From: Chromera velia
Taxonomy: Eukaryota
Assembly (NCBI GenBank): GCA_018398765.1
Contig: JAHBMJ010000119.1
Location: forward strand, 1-56,333
DNA length: 56,333 nt
Reading direction: 5' to 3'
The notes under the pieces are model-generated. The model worked only from the letters and a program-made list of their open reading frames with translations. It was not told the origin of the DNA and made no database searches. A program made the position numbers and the translations under genes. This document shows, piece by piece, positions 12,401 through 25,332 of the stretch (within the stretch, counting starts at the first letter, position 1; every line of letters begins with the position of its first letter).

Positions 12401-15400
12401 CTGGTTTGATGGCTGCAACACCTGCAGGTAGGTAGGTGCGTCGACTGCTTGCGTGGTGTATCAAAAGCATTTGTAACGGCCTCTTCCTTAAGACGTACTC
12501 GTTGGAAGAAACACAAAGGGCATTGAAGGGAGAGTTGAATACCGGGTTCCTTCCCGACTCTTTCTTTTGTCAGATCCTCAGATGTGAAAAGCAAAAGCAT
12601 GCAGAATTAACGGCTCTCTTTTTCTTCCAGTCCTACAGATTTGAAGTTTCCCTGCTCTCGGGAAAAAATAGAGGGAGTCTCTGATAAGATGGAAGTCCAG
12701 GGCCTCCTGAATGTTTTTTGTTTTCTCTCTTCCCACCTGCAGCTGTGCCAACGGGAGAATCCTGACCTGCACAGAGAAGTTCTGCGCCTCCAAACTGGAG
12801 GCGAGGTGCATCCGAGGGAACGTCCAGACCCCGCCCACCACGACAACGTCGAGGCCAACAAGCCCGCCTCGCCCCTCTTTCACGTATACTCCTGCAACCA
12901 CCTGTCCGAGGGACTGTGAACTGTTCTTCGATGGTCCGTTGTGGAGTTCTCTAGAGATTCTTTTCCTTCCTTTGCACTTTCGTTTTCTCTTTTTGAAAGT
13001 GTTTCCTACATTTCCATTCGATGTTCTTGCTTTACTCTTTTGCAAGGTCTGCTCAAGCCTCTCGACACGATCAATCTCAGATCACCTCTTTCGCCAAAAG
13101 TTACTCGCGTGGACCCAATTAAAATGTTGATGAGAACCGTTGTGTCATATGCATATGCGTCCTTGTCTGTCTGTGCTGATCGAATGCAGGTTGCAACGCC
13201 TGCATGTGTTCCCCCAACAACAGCGGCCAGGTGATGGCTTGCACGAAGAAGATGTGCTCAGAGGCGGAGATGCTCCCTCCAGAGTGCAGACAGCAGATTC
13301 AGGGGACAGGTCTCACCCCAAACACCACGCCAGCGCCGTCCGTTCCCACCCCAACCCAGGACCCTCTGTGTGCACGGGTGGGTAGTGGGTGAGACAGTCA
13401 GGAGAGAATTTCTGATGATGTTCAAAGAAACGTCTCGCCATTTGTTTGCTTTGATCTGACCTCGGCATCTCTTTCGTAGCGGCTTAACCTCAGGACGTTC
13501 TGTGGCAGATGTCCAAAACATATCGGTCTTTCAGTTTCTCTCCCTCACCCTCTCCCTCCCTCTCTCGAATCGAGTGGGTCTCTCTCTCTCTCACTCTCTC
13601 TCTCTCTCTCTGGTCACCTTGAGTCTGTACCATTCTTCTGACTCTCCCACCACTGTCTCCTCGAAAAAGAATTCACACATGCGTACATTGATGCCCTCTT
13701 TTCAGGTTCGTTGCGCAGAGCCTCAGTGCATGCCTTGGCAGAGAAGGAGCCGCCCCCAGGGATCCTGTTGTGAGACCTGCGGTGAGCTGGCCTGCCTCTC
13801 TTCCTTTTTCTTCCTGTTTTCTTTGCTGACATGCGTCTTGTCTTCACTTGGAAGCAGCACGACTACGCGATTTGCCCAGTATAGACCGAAAGGAGGTCTG
13901 CCCCCATTATTCTGTTGCTCTTTCTTTTCTTTTTATCGCTATGTCTTGTCCCTTCTATAGTATGCATCATGCAGTCATTTCTCATTTCTGTCCCTTCCGC
14001 TCAATTTGCTTGCTTGCAGAGGGTCCCCGGGTTGCTCTGTCTGACGCCTGTGAGGCCCAACCGGGACAGAGGGAGAGGTGCTCCATGCCCAAGTGCAATG
14101 CAGACCAGGTCGCAGTGGCAAAAGATGGAGACTGCTGCCCCAACTGCGGTCCGTCTCTTCAGCCTCTTTGTTTGTTTGTTTGGATATTCTGCACGAGACT
14201 TCTGTCCGCACTCCCTCCCGACTTCTCCCTCGGCCTATTCATGCTGCACGAACATGGTTTTCCCTGTCACATTGGTTGGTGATACACACGTAAGTCGGAG
14301 AGACAAGTAGCGCATCTCCTCGCTAAGGCGGTGGTTGCCAAGTATGAAGAAGGCACACACAGAAGCTGTCTGCCTGTCAGTTCGGTCTCTCAGTGATTCA
14401 AGTGGTTTTGTGTCCGTCCCGAAATGTGTCTCTCTCACGGGCGAAAAAAAGTAGAATATCTCTCAGCATTCTCTTCTGTCTCGCCACTCTCTTGGTGCCT
14501 TACAGACGAATCAGTCCGTTTGGAAACTGTACTTCCTTCATCATTTATCCAGAATGAGGCACTGACGGACCGATCGAAAGGATGCCTCCCCCTTCTGCGT
14601 TCTTCTTGTTGTTTTCGTTTGACTCCCCCCCTATTTTCTTCTTCCTGCAGTCCTCCGAATCCTCGCCGAGTACGCAGTCGGACTCGAGCCCCAGTGCCAA
14701 AACTCAAACTGCCCACGCACACCCACATGCAGCGCCAGCGAGACCCTCTATCTCAGGGATGGGCAGTGCTGTCCTGTGTGCAGTGAGTTCTTTCCTTCTT
14801 TTCGTCGACAAAATCCGTCACTGCAGTTTTGCTTTTTCGTGTCAGTTCCTGAGGTCCAAGCACTCGAAGCTTTATCGGTCTGTCTTCCTGGGCGAGAAAG
14901 GGCGCCTCCTCGCATCAACATCTGGCTTCTGCACACCAGCAAAGGTCTTCCTTTGAGAGCGGACCCCAACCGGATCTGGACCCCGACATCTTGCCGGCTC
15001 TCCTTCTGCCTGTCTGTCTGTGGATGCGTGTGAACGTCGCACCTCTGTAAGTTTGCGTATGCATCCACTGTGTACGTGAGTATTGTGTATGCACGTTTTC
15101 TCTGCAGTTCCTGTGGGCCCTCTGAGTGGTCAAATGTCGTCGTCTGGAGGAACCGGTGAGTGGCATGAAGTGATCGTCCCACCGTTCTGCCATTCCCATT
15201 CCTCTTCTTGCGACATCGGTTTTTCTGTATGTTGCACACATGTCTCCCTCCCCTTCCTCTTCCCTCCCTCTCCAACATCTCCCGTCTCTTCATGTTCCTG
15301 CTGTTCTCGATCGTCAGGTCCTCCATTGCAGAATGGTGCGTGCGTCACGGTCCCACCCATGTATCATGCTGATGCCCCCAAGAACCCAAGCGCTTTGATT

Positions 15401-18400
15401 TCTTTGCTTCCTCGTCTTTTACTCTTCAGGCAACTCCAACGGAGTCTCAGGAGGCGGTGCAAATGACGGGTGGAGCCTGAATGGGGGGGGAGGGAGCGTG
15501 GGCCTGCCCCCTCCCTCCGCCACGCCCCCTCCTTCCACTGATCCCTGCGCGGGTGTGAGCTGTCCGAGGCAACAGTGCGCACCTTCGCAGGCTCTGGTCA
15601 CCCCGGATGGCCTGTGTTGTCCCGTGTGCGGTCAGTTTTCCAATGCTGCAGTTCTCTATTTTATATCTGCTGCTTTGCGTCGCTCTCCTTTGGTATCGGT
15701 TTAAGGGGAAACCGATTATTTCGTCCGTGGAGTCAGTGCAGGTAGAGTACAGTCCGTCAAGAGAGGGTTGAAAAAGTCGAAACTGGGAATCTTTTATGCC
15801 GTATCATTCTATTCACTGCTCATCTCATGTTTTACGCCTGTCCCTCAATTCTTGGCGCAGTCGACGCTGGGGTCGCCGCACAACTCGGGTGGACCGCCGG
15901 GGGAATTCAGGCGGCGCAGGTGACTCCTGCACCAACTACAACCACAACGACCACAACTACTACCACCACCACCACCACGACTCAGGCCGTGGTGTCTGGC
16001 TGCGGTCCCTGCGAGCCTTTCTTGTCGTGCTCTTCGGATGAGTTGGCCATGATCCTCCCAGGAGCCTGCTGTCCTGTCTGCAGTCAGTCACTTCTGCTTG
16101 TAATCTCTGCCTCTCTCTTTCGGCCTCTTAGTCTATTTATGAGTCAACGTTGCGGCATCCAGGAGATCAAGCCCTCCTTGATGGTACAGTTGAAGGCAGC
16201 AGGTTCTTTTCCCATCGCTTGGTCTTCTCTTCTCTTCTCTTCGTGTATCTAGTGACGTTGTCTCCAGCCAGAAAACACGAGAACGGGTGGATTTATCGAT
16301 TTGCCAAAAGACTGATTAATTGAACCTTGCCTCATGACAGATTTTCTGATAGACGTTTCACTCAACACACAAAAACCATTCCGGCCTGACTCGGCTCACC
16401 CACTGACCCCTCTTCTCTTCTCTTCTCTCCCCGCTCGTGCAGTCAACGTTGCAGCCATTCAGTACTTGCCTGAGGGGTCTAGAGTCGCCCCCACACAGCC
16501 ATTCCCAGGAACAACCACGACCACAACAACCTCCCAAGCCTCCCCGAGTTTCAGCAGTCTTTCTGGACCCCCCCCTCCGGGCTGTGAGGCTGTCTTCTGT
16601 GAGCCTGTCAGGTGTACTGCAGGGGAGCTTGCCTTTCGACCAGAAGGACTCTGCTGTGAACTCTGCGGTCAGTCCTGTCGACTGCCTCGCTCCATTGCAG
16701 TTCAATCTGGGCCCTGCTGCTCAGGAATACATCTTGATGCCGTTGAGGAGGGCCGCAGCTTCTTTGTTGTCACACTGAGAGCAGTAACAGTTTGCACCTG
16801 CGGTTATCCTCCTGACCATTGAAGCACATACATTTAACTCTCTTTGCTCTTTTTTCTTTTCCTTCCTTCTTTCGCTCTCTTTATGTCCCTCAGGACCGAC
16901 CGACCTCGTCATCCAGCTTCTGTCTCGTCAGAGTGGAATCCCCGCCACCACCACCACGACTACCACCACAACCACGCAAGCCCGTCCGCCCCCTCCTGCG
17001 CCTAGCGCCTCGAACTCGCGGTCCCCCGAATGTGCTGCCGTGACTTGTGAAAGCAACCAGAGGTGTCCTGCCGGGGAGATTCTGTTTCTCCCCGACGGCC
17101 TCTGCTGCCCCATGTGCGGAGACGAGAAGGTTGTGCGTGACCTGTTCCCGGCGAACATCGTTCAACAACAGGTTCCACAACAACAGCCCTCTTGGCCCTC
17201 GAGTGGACAAGCGGGGGGCACCGGTGGCGTCCCCCCCGTGTCCCCCGAGTGCGCCGCCACCACATGTCCAAAGACTTGCCCTGCAGGACAAACGGGAATC
17301 ACCAAAGCAGGAGAGTGTTGTCCGTTTTGCGGTCAGTCCCTTTGGAGCTTAGAGGGTGGCAAGAGGGGGAAGGTGAGAAGAGTTCGGGAAGAAAGGAGGG
17401 AGACCATTCTCTGTTAGAGAGTCTGTAACAGAGGGGAGTGTCCCTTTCTTTTGTCCCCACCATTGCTGTACCACTTGTGTGCCTCTCCCATTTTTACATT
17501 TGAGAAGGAGATCCCCTTGCGCTGCTTTCACCTGCAGTGCGGGACGAGGATCTTCTTCGGATTCTCCAGACAATGGGGGTGGACGTGTCCCCTGAGTCCC
17601 TCAAAGCTTTGGGACCGGTGAGTAAAGCTGAAGGAAGGAAGGAAGGAAGGAAGGGAGGGAAGTGAAATGAGTTTTTGCATCGTTTGCCAACAAGTTGAGT
17701 TTGCCGCCTGTGATCTGGCTGGGGTACGTCATTGGTCGTGTGCAAGCAATTCAAGCTGCAGAATGCTCTGGCGCAGTCTGTTGGTTTTTTTTCTCGCGAG
17801 GCATTCTCCCTTAATTCCTTTCAAGCACTCGCAGGCTCTGTCGTCTCTCCGTGACATTCCCTTTCCGGATTCCAGATCGTCTCTCCGTCTCTTTGCATGA
17901 TAGCGTGCTTGCTTGCTTGCTTGCACCCATCGATGTATACGAAAGAGTTCCTGCCTGCCTGCCTGCCTGCCTCTCTGCCTGCCTGCAGGTGATCACGTTG
18001 CCCGAGGAAGACTCTCAGGGGCAAGGGTCCACGGGAGGATCCTTCTCTCCCTCCGCACCGACAGCAGCACCTGCACCGAGCACTCCTCCAGTGAGCAATT
18101 GGGACACTGAGCAACCGACGGAAGGTGGGTGCGGGAGTGAGTTTTGTTTAGTCGCAGATCGAATTTCAATGAATTAGGGGCCCCCCTTGTTGATTTCAGA
18201 CCACCGTCTTTTCATGGGAAGATTGCGTGACAATTGTTTCGACAAGAATCGCCGAAATGCGTGTGCTGTGTCCTTCCTTTCTTCCCGATTTCTTTTCATT
18301 CCATTGTCTTCTCCCTGCACACCCCTTCTGTTCAGCAAGAGGTCTCAAACCACTTCAATTGAATTCATTCATTCACCCGATTGAATATGCAGAGGAGGAG

Positions 18401-18601
18401 GAGGAGAGGAGGTCATCTGACGATGAGGACGAGGACGGGCTGAGTCTCTTGGAGAGACGTCGGAGACGAAAGGAGGAAGAGGAGCGGTTGGAAGAATTGG
18501 AGAAACAACGGCAGGAGGAGAGCGAATCGGATGGAGGGGGGTTGAACCTTTTCGATCGCGACAGGCGGGAAGGGGGAGGAGGGGGGTGGTTTAGTGATTG
18601 A
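8298..18601 (+). CDS. Secreted multidomain Cys-rich protein: signal peptide, Kazal domain, 6 pacifastin-like repeats, 8 VWC-like CCxxC modules, T/P/S/G linkers, acidic tail; 24 exons, ~1249 aa
   Basis: Exons: 8298-8403, 8489-8539, 8657-8678, 8839-8996, 9491-9587, 9914-10304, 10574-10632, 10860-10902, 11122-11425, 11712-11761, 12234-12427, 12743-12933, 13190-13377, 13706-13781, 14020-14148, 14651-14782, 15108-15155, 15430-15630, 15861-16082, 16443-16667, 16894-17331, 17538-17617, 17989-18124 (or 18136) and 18393-18601. All introns are GT-AG with consistent phases (3750 nt). Kazal domain: CKKSCANLVDPLCGSDGLTYENSCLFEQAQCLDSSLSLVSKGSC. Example repeats: CPAGCRTFFDGCNSCSCVDGVASICTNNFC and CAGVSCPRQQCAPSQALVTPDGLCCPVC. 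Confidence 0.88.
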
Positions 18602-19962
18602 GGACGGAGTCTTTCCCGAATTTGGTCTAACTCGTCCTTCGCCCGGTTTGTCGAAATGTCGGCCTTGCAACCAAGCGAGCCCAGCGACTAGAAGCGAGCT
18701 CGCAGTTGAGAATGAAAATTAGAGTCGAACTGATTGCTCCATTTGCTGAATCGAAGTCATTATTTTAAAACTCATCAAAAGAGAGAAGGGGGTTGCCGGC
18801 AATTCTGCGGGACATTGGGTGGTCGGGAGACCTTGAGAGATAAAACTCGTCGGCGAGCTTTGGTATCAGCCAGGAGCTAGCATGCCAAAATGGGGACGCG
18901 CGGGCTGTCTCTATGTAAGGCTTGAATGAAATGCATGTTTTGTAGATTGTTTATCGCATAGTGAAACCTTGTGATGTAATAGCTTTATCATTATTTCAAT
19001 TTGTTTTATAGATATAATGAATATTATTTTTGTACACAAAGATTCCTTGATAAAGCTGTTATACATCATTGCATGATTGATTGATTCATTCATTCTTATA
19101 GGTAGGTTTTTGACAGTTTAGCCTTTTAGTACTGTTTACGTTGCTATTGTTAGTCCAGGTAAATTTCTTTGTATTTCATTAGAGATTTATCGGCCAAAAA
19201 CTATGTAAGGCCCATTAAAGTACTTTTTGGTAGGTTTTTGCTGATTGAGGCAATGCTATTCAATACTATTGAACATTTGATGAGCGCCGAAGGCGCTTAG
19301 CACCTGAGCCTCAGCTGTTAATTCTATAGTGTTACACAGTGATGATCGTGTTATACGTCGTGTTTATTTTGATTGATACTGATTCACGTGTACTACTTAA
19401 GTAAGGCTTATGGTCCAAGTTATGAAGCCTATTTCAATGCCTTCAATCGGAGCTCTAATAAAAAAATGGGTAGCGCCACGCAGGGATTTTGAGGGGTTTA
19501 GACAGTTTTTGAATGAAACCGAGCCTTAGAATGTAAATTTAGAAATTAAGATGCCACTTTTGGCTTTCAAATGCGACTAGTATTTAACCCGGCTCCTGCA
19601 GGCCACCTGGCTTGAAAATGACTAGGAAATTTGTCCGAGCTAATATGTGTGACGCGGAAAGCTATCTCGCGGGCCCAGAAATCGATCTCATGCGATCGTC
19701 ATGCCAAAAGATCTGACAAAGACTCTGTGGATCTGAACACTTGCTGGCTGTGCAGTGTCCTGAAAGTACAAATGCAGAGTGCTGAGTGATTGGCTCCAGT
19801 CTCGCAGTCCGCTTTGAGGTGAAGGCGCGGTACTGCGTCAGCTGTACGCTTCTCAGGGAGCCTCCTTCTGTTTGCCGTCTCGATACGTCTCTGCGACGTT
19901 AGAAACCACCAGACTGAGCAAGAGTCCAAAAGGCGTGCTGCTTGGTCTTTTCCCACTTTGAC

Positions 19963-22900
19963 ATGTTAGGGAAGAAGAGGGGATCGAGGGGAGTGTGTGC
20001 CCCCGAGACATTCACACCAGTCGTGAGGGGGCGGAAGAACCAAAACATGACTCCTCAGCAGTCTCCGACAACATCTACTCATCCAAATGTTCGTCGGAAG
20101 TCTCCTCGACTCGGCAAACACCAACAGGCCCAGTCCTCCCATTCTTCACAGCACAGCTCTGGGCAGAAAAAGGACAAAGAGACGGACAAGAAGGGCCCCA
20201 ATCCCTTCTTCCGATTGTCCCCAGAGTCTCCGATCGTTTGCAAAGGCCTGCTTCCTTTCATAGGAAACCAGCGAGTCTTCATTCTCCGTCACGTCTCTGA
20301 GAACATGAAGAAATGGGCAAGGGCCGTGGAAGCAGACTTCAATACCTGCTACCTGACTGTCACTGAGTCCCTCCCTTTGCTCCACTGGTGTCTTTCCCTT
20401 CCGCGCAAACCAGACGCAGAGAAACTCGTCTTTGCAGCATACTGCTCAGGCGTCTCCGAAGTCATCGAGGCTTTGCAAGAGCGTGAAGACTTTCAGATCC
20501 ACAAAGGAAAGATGGAGCTGAAACGAATCTCCCCAAAGTACTCAAATGCCTCAGTAAAGAAGTGCTTTCTGTGGCTGTCCGCTCTGTGCGGTGCAGCTGC
20601 AGGAGGCCAAGCAGAGACCTTCCGCCTCCTGTACCACCAAAAGAAGTGGAATCCGCAGTCCTCTGACGGCGACCTCAGGCTTTGGTTGCGCGTCTTTCAG
20701 ACTGCAGTCCAAGCAGCCAACCCTGAAGTCCTGGACACGCTCTTCACCTCCGACAGCAAAGGCTCCCCCCTCACGCTCTCCCCTCTGCACAGACTCGTCT
20801 GGTGGGGAGACATGCTGAACTCCCCGCCGGATTTCTGGGAGACGGAGTTGATCTACAAGCGCAAGGAGACGGCCAACGACACGTTCATTGTCAGGGCACT
20901 TCACGGAGATTTCAAGGGGACCGTCGAGGACCTGTTCAAGCAGGGCGGCGGCCGAGGTCCTCAAACCCTCTCCGCGTATCTTGTCAGAGACGCGATCAGT
21001 GCCGCACTGGCCGGGGGGAGAATGGAGACGGCCGAGGCTCTGCTCTCGTGGGCAAAGGAGCAGGCAAGGAAAATGGATGAGGAGACGGACGGAAGCGGGG
21101 GGGCGATGGGGGGCAGCGAGACGGATGGGACAGTCACGGAGGTGGGCTCCTTGGCTCAGTCGGACAACGGGCAAACAGGGGGGGGGAGCGGGAGTGAGAG
21201 CGGGGACGATTGGATGACGACGGTGCGAAGCTCTGGTGCATCCCCCATCCCTCAGAGAGGGTTTCCTACTCAGGTATGTTTGTCTTTCTGTCTGTTTGTC
21301 TGTCTGTCTGTGTCTGTCTGTGTGTATGTATCTGTTTATCTTTGCTTCTCTGGTAGTTTCTCGCTTGTTCGTTTCCGTTGCCGTCCGAAAACACGCGAAG
21401 GGTCAGGCAGGAAAATTTGTCGATGGCCTGGTCTTCTCAAGTCGAAACACCGTGTTTACCAATTTCTGAATGCCAGTCTCAATGTTTGTGTATGAAATTT
21501 CCATATCCCACAATTTATTTTTCCTGTCTCTCCAACCTGGGCATGTTCCGCCTTTACCTTTTGATGACTCGCGTCGACCCTTTGTCTTCGACTGTTTTCT
21601 ACCGCTTTCTGCTCTCCTCAATCGGTGTGTCTCTCTGAAAAGAGGATTTGCTTGTGTGTCTTTTTTCCTTCGTTTCTTCCTTGGTTTCCCTTCTTTCCCT
21701 CCCTCTCTTTCTGTGCAGGTCGCTGCAGAGTTTGGTCGACTGGACTGCCTCGTCTGGCTCCGGTCGGCGGAGCCTCAGCCCTTCCAGTGGGGTCCCTCTG
21801 TGTGCGAACGCGCCGCCGCCAACGGACATCTCGACGTGCTCCAATGGCTCAGAGGGCAATCGCCCCCCTGTCCGTGGACAGCAGCTACAGTGGAGGCCGC
21901 AGCGGGGAAGGGATTCGTGGACGTCGTTCAGTGGGCCACTACCGATGCCTCCCCCTCCCTGTCTGCGTCGTCGCTCTCCGTGACGATGGCAGCCGAGGGG
22001 GGGCACCTGGAGGTCCTGAAAGTCCTCAAGAGAGTGAGGGGACAGGACGTGAAACCCCCCAAGGAAGCTGTGAAGAAGGCACTCGAGGGCAGTCACTGGA
22101 GCTCCGCGAATTTCCTCCTTCGGTTGGTTTCTCATTTTGTATTTCTTTCTCTCCTCCTCTCTTTCTCTGTCTGTTGCCCGTCAGCCTGTAGTAGTGATAT
22201 CTGAGTGACGAGAGAGCGAGCGGGTGAGGGAGGAAAAGAAAGGCGGATCAGTGGATGTATAGACTGATCAGGCTCCTTCGATTGGAATGAATTCACTTCT
22301 CAGCCTCTCATACAGTCAAGAATAATTTTGGCCCTTCGCACTTTCTTCAATGGGACAGACCCCACTCAAGTGGTCTCTACCACTCTACTCCGATTGCATG
22401 GCTAGACTAAGTCTGTCTGGCTGTCTATACGCATAACCTTAAGCAACCCCATCTGCCCTCTGGGTGTTTTTCTGTGTCTGTCTGTCTGCCTGCCTGCCTG
22501 CCTGCCTGCCTGTCTCTCTGTCTCTGTCTGCCTGTCTGTCTGTCTGTGGGCGCAACTACATGCAGGTGGGGCGGGTCCTCCCTCCGCGAGGCTCTGGAGA
22601 ACTCCGGTGAGATTGGGAACCTGGTGGCGTCCCTCGCCAAGTGGGCCCAGAGGCCGCCTGTGCAGTTCCCCTTCCGTCACTCTGCAGACGGTCCCTTGGA
22701 GGGGCTGCAGCTGGGGGGGGTGATTCCTGGAGAGAACCTCTGTCGGACATTCGAAGGCTGGAAGGAGGCAGGGGAGCGACGGCTGAAGGGGCTCGTGTTT
22801 GTGGACAAGTGGCTGGTCCTGAGGGGATCCCGGCCTAGTGTGACGCAGTCGATCAAGAGGGCCGACGTGGAAGCGTTGACCCAGGGACTGACAAAGAGGG

Positions 22901-23004
22901 GCGAGAAGAGATTCTCCTCGATGCTGTGCCGGTGGCAGCAGAGCATCGCTCCTCCCTCCTCGGCCTCATCCTCGAGTCGGGGAGGGGGGAAGGGAGGAAA
23001 CTAG
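19963..23004 (+). CDS. Ankyrin-repeat protein of the AAxxGHLxVLxWLR...CPW type, 3 exons, ~717 aa
   Basis: Exons 19963-21273, 21719-22122 and 22566-23004 (2154 nt, in frame). Repeats: VAAEFGRLDCLVWLRS, CERAAANGHLDVLQWLRGQSPPCPW, AAAGKGFVDVVQWA and AAEGGHLEVLKVL. The start could instead be the ATG at 20047. Confidence 0.85.
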
Positions 23005-23095
23005 ATTTGAGGAGGATTGGCCGGTAGGTAGAGAGAAAGTGTATGGATGTACTGGACTCTTCTTTGCATGGGCGTCTTTCGATTGCTTTGAGGGG

Positions 23096-23180
23096 NNNNN
23101 NNNNNNNNNNNNNNNNNNNNNNNNNNNNNNNNNNNNNNNNNNNNNNNNNNNNNNNNNNNNNNNNNNNNNNNNNNNNNNNN
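23096..23180. other. Assembly gap (N run) flanked by poly-G
   Basis: Seen directly. Confidence 0.99.
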
Positions 23181-25290
23181 GGGGGGGGGGGGGGGGTGCT
23201 TTACGAAAGTCTGGACAGATGCATGGAGGCGAGAAAGACAAGAAAGAAAATGCTGAAATCGAGTTTGGGTGACCGACTAGGTTGCTGTGAAGAAGTGTGG
23301 AGGATATATCGAGAAGCAAAAAATCTAAGAAGAGAAAGAGGCTGGGCGGCCGGGCGAAATGATGGGTGTCTGAGTGATGGAGACGAGCCGAACAAAGCAG
23401 TCGATCAAACGGAAACCAGACAGACTGTTTGTTCGTTTCTGAATGGGGAGACGATGTCAGTGATTCCTTCCTTTTTTTTTTTTTTTCGCAATCGTTCAAC
23501 AGACAGACAGACTCGCACAAAAGAAAGACAATAGATATGCAAAAACAATGGGGGGTTCTGCTTTCTTTCTTTTCTGGTGAGGTGCCCTCTGGAAAGGAAC
23601 AGATAGATGCAGATGTATTTATAGATCAAGAGGAAAAAGACGTCTGGAAATAGAAGTGTATGATGGAAACGATCCCAAATGCATGTATTTGAATCTGCCT
23701 CTTCTCTTCTCTTCTCTTTTCTTCTGTTCCCTCCGTCTCTTCAAATTTCATGTCATTGATGTTTTTTCCTTTTGTTCATTTCCTTTCTTCTTTTGTGAAA
23801 CCTTGTTCTTGCTGGAAATCTTGTGGGGTGGTGGGCGGGTATTCTTTCATTGAAGAAAAGACCAAAGCAAAGCACGGGTCTTTTTGACAGCATGCGTTCT
23901 TATTCCTCTTCCTTCTTCCTTTTCGTTTCCGTCTTTTTTGTCCTGCATGCATGCTCACCCTCACAATCATTGTTTCAGAGTCCAACAGACAAGCAGCGAA
24001 CCGGGGGGAGCTGGTTCATCGCTGGAATGAGTGAGTGAGCGAGTGAGTGAGTGAGTTGAGTGAGTGGGTTGACTGGATGCTTTTGGTGGCTGTCAACAGA
24101 CACCGTCCGTCCGAGCTTCGTTGCGTCGATACAGTGATTGAGTGGTTGTGCTGAGGAGGAGCTTCTTGGGGGAGGGGGGTGTCAAAGGAAATGAGTAGGG
24201 TCTGCATGCTTGATTGATTGATTGATTGATTGCATTCACATGAATGGATTGTGCCTGTGTCTGTCTGCCTACTCTTTTGTTTGTCAGTCGCGTACCTCTT
24301 CTTTCTCCTTTTTCGATCGGCTTGGAAGAGAAATGCACGGAGACAGCCAGAGACAGTGACAGAAAGGTGGGAGTGCACACATCTCTCGCCCCAGGTGTGA
24401 TTTCATTGCTCTCTCCTACTCACTCACACTCTTTCATGTTCTTCTCCGTCTTCCTTTCTTTGAAACGTTTTTTTGGCAAGGTGCAACGTGAATGAATGCA
24501 AAAGAGTGACAAAACATGACTTCCATTTCTCTCGTGACAGCTTCATTAAGTCGGCACGACCATTTTTTGACGTTGCCTTTTTGCATCATCATTATCGTCA
24601 ACATTAGTAGAGCTGTACCCAGATTCCTCTTGCAGACTTGGATGGAGAGAGAAGATGGGCTTAGAGAGTGAGGAAGAGAAACTGAGGGAGGAAGAAAAAG
24701 GAGTTCATACCCCCCTCCCCCCTCTCTCTGCTCGAGCTCTTCGCAAGTCGACCTGTTCTTCTCTCTTCCCCTAGCCCTTCTCCCTGCCGTCTCGCGTGGC
24801 TGGCTGGATTTTCTCGTTCCCTTCTCCACTCATATTATCCAAAAAAACTTTCAGGGTTGTAGTCAGGATCCGCAGCGAGGGGGTCCTGATGGTGCACAGA
24901 GGGGGGGGATGGGAGATCGAGCACTCGAGAAAGGCTGAATAAACGGAAAAAATAGGGTACAGTTGAGGGAAGAAGAGAAGATACAACATCGAAAGGAAGG
25001 AGCAGGTGATAATCGAAGACGAAATAAGTTAAAGGAGAGTTCGGCAATGAAAGGAAACCGGGCCCAAAGCGAAGCAATCGAAGCAGACGTCGAGGCAAAT
25101 GAAGGACGGACAGATAGGGAGGGAGAGCGAGACGGTCGTCTGCGAGTCAACTGCAGAGGCTGTTTGTCTGTCTGGTCGGAGAATCAATCCACTTCAGATT
25201 GACTGCCTCTCTGACTGCATGTGGTCAGCTTGTAGTCAGTCAGTCAGAAGGGGGGGATGATTAGGACTTGCCTGTATTCCCACTCGTTTG

Positions 25291-25332
<42 letters not shown>

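Noticed and set aside
18861..18874. TGGTATCAGCC resembling a tRNA-iMet primer-binding site
   Set aside because: No adjacent LTR ending in CA and no paired repeat. It lies in the probable 3' UTR of the Cys-rich gene.
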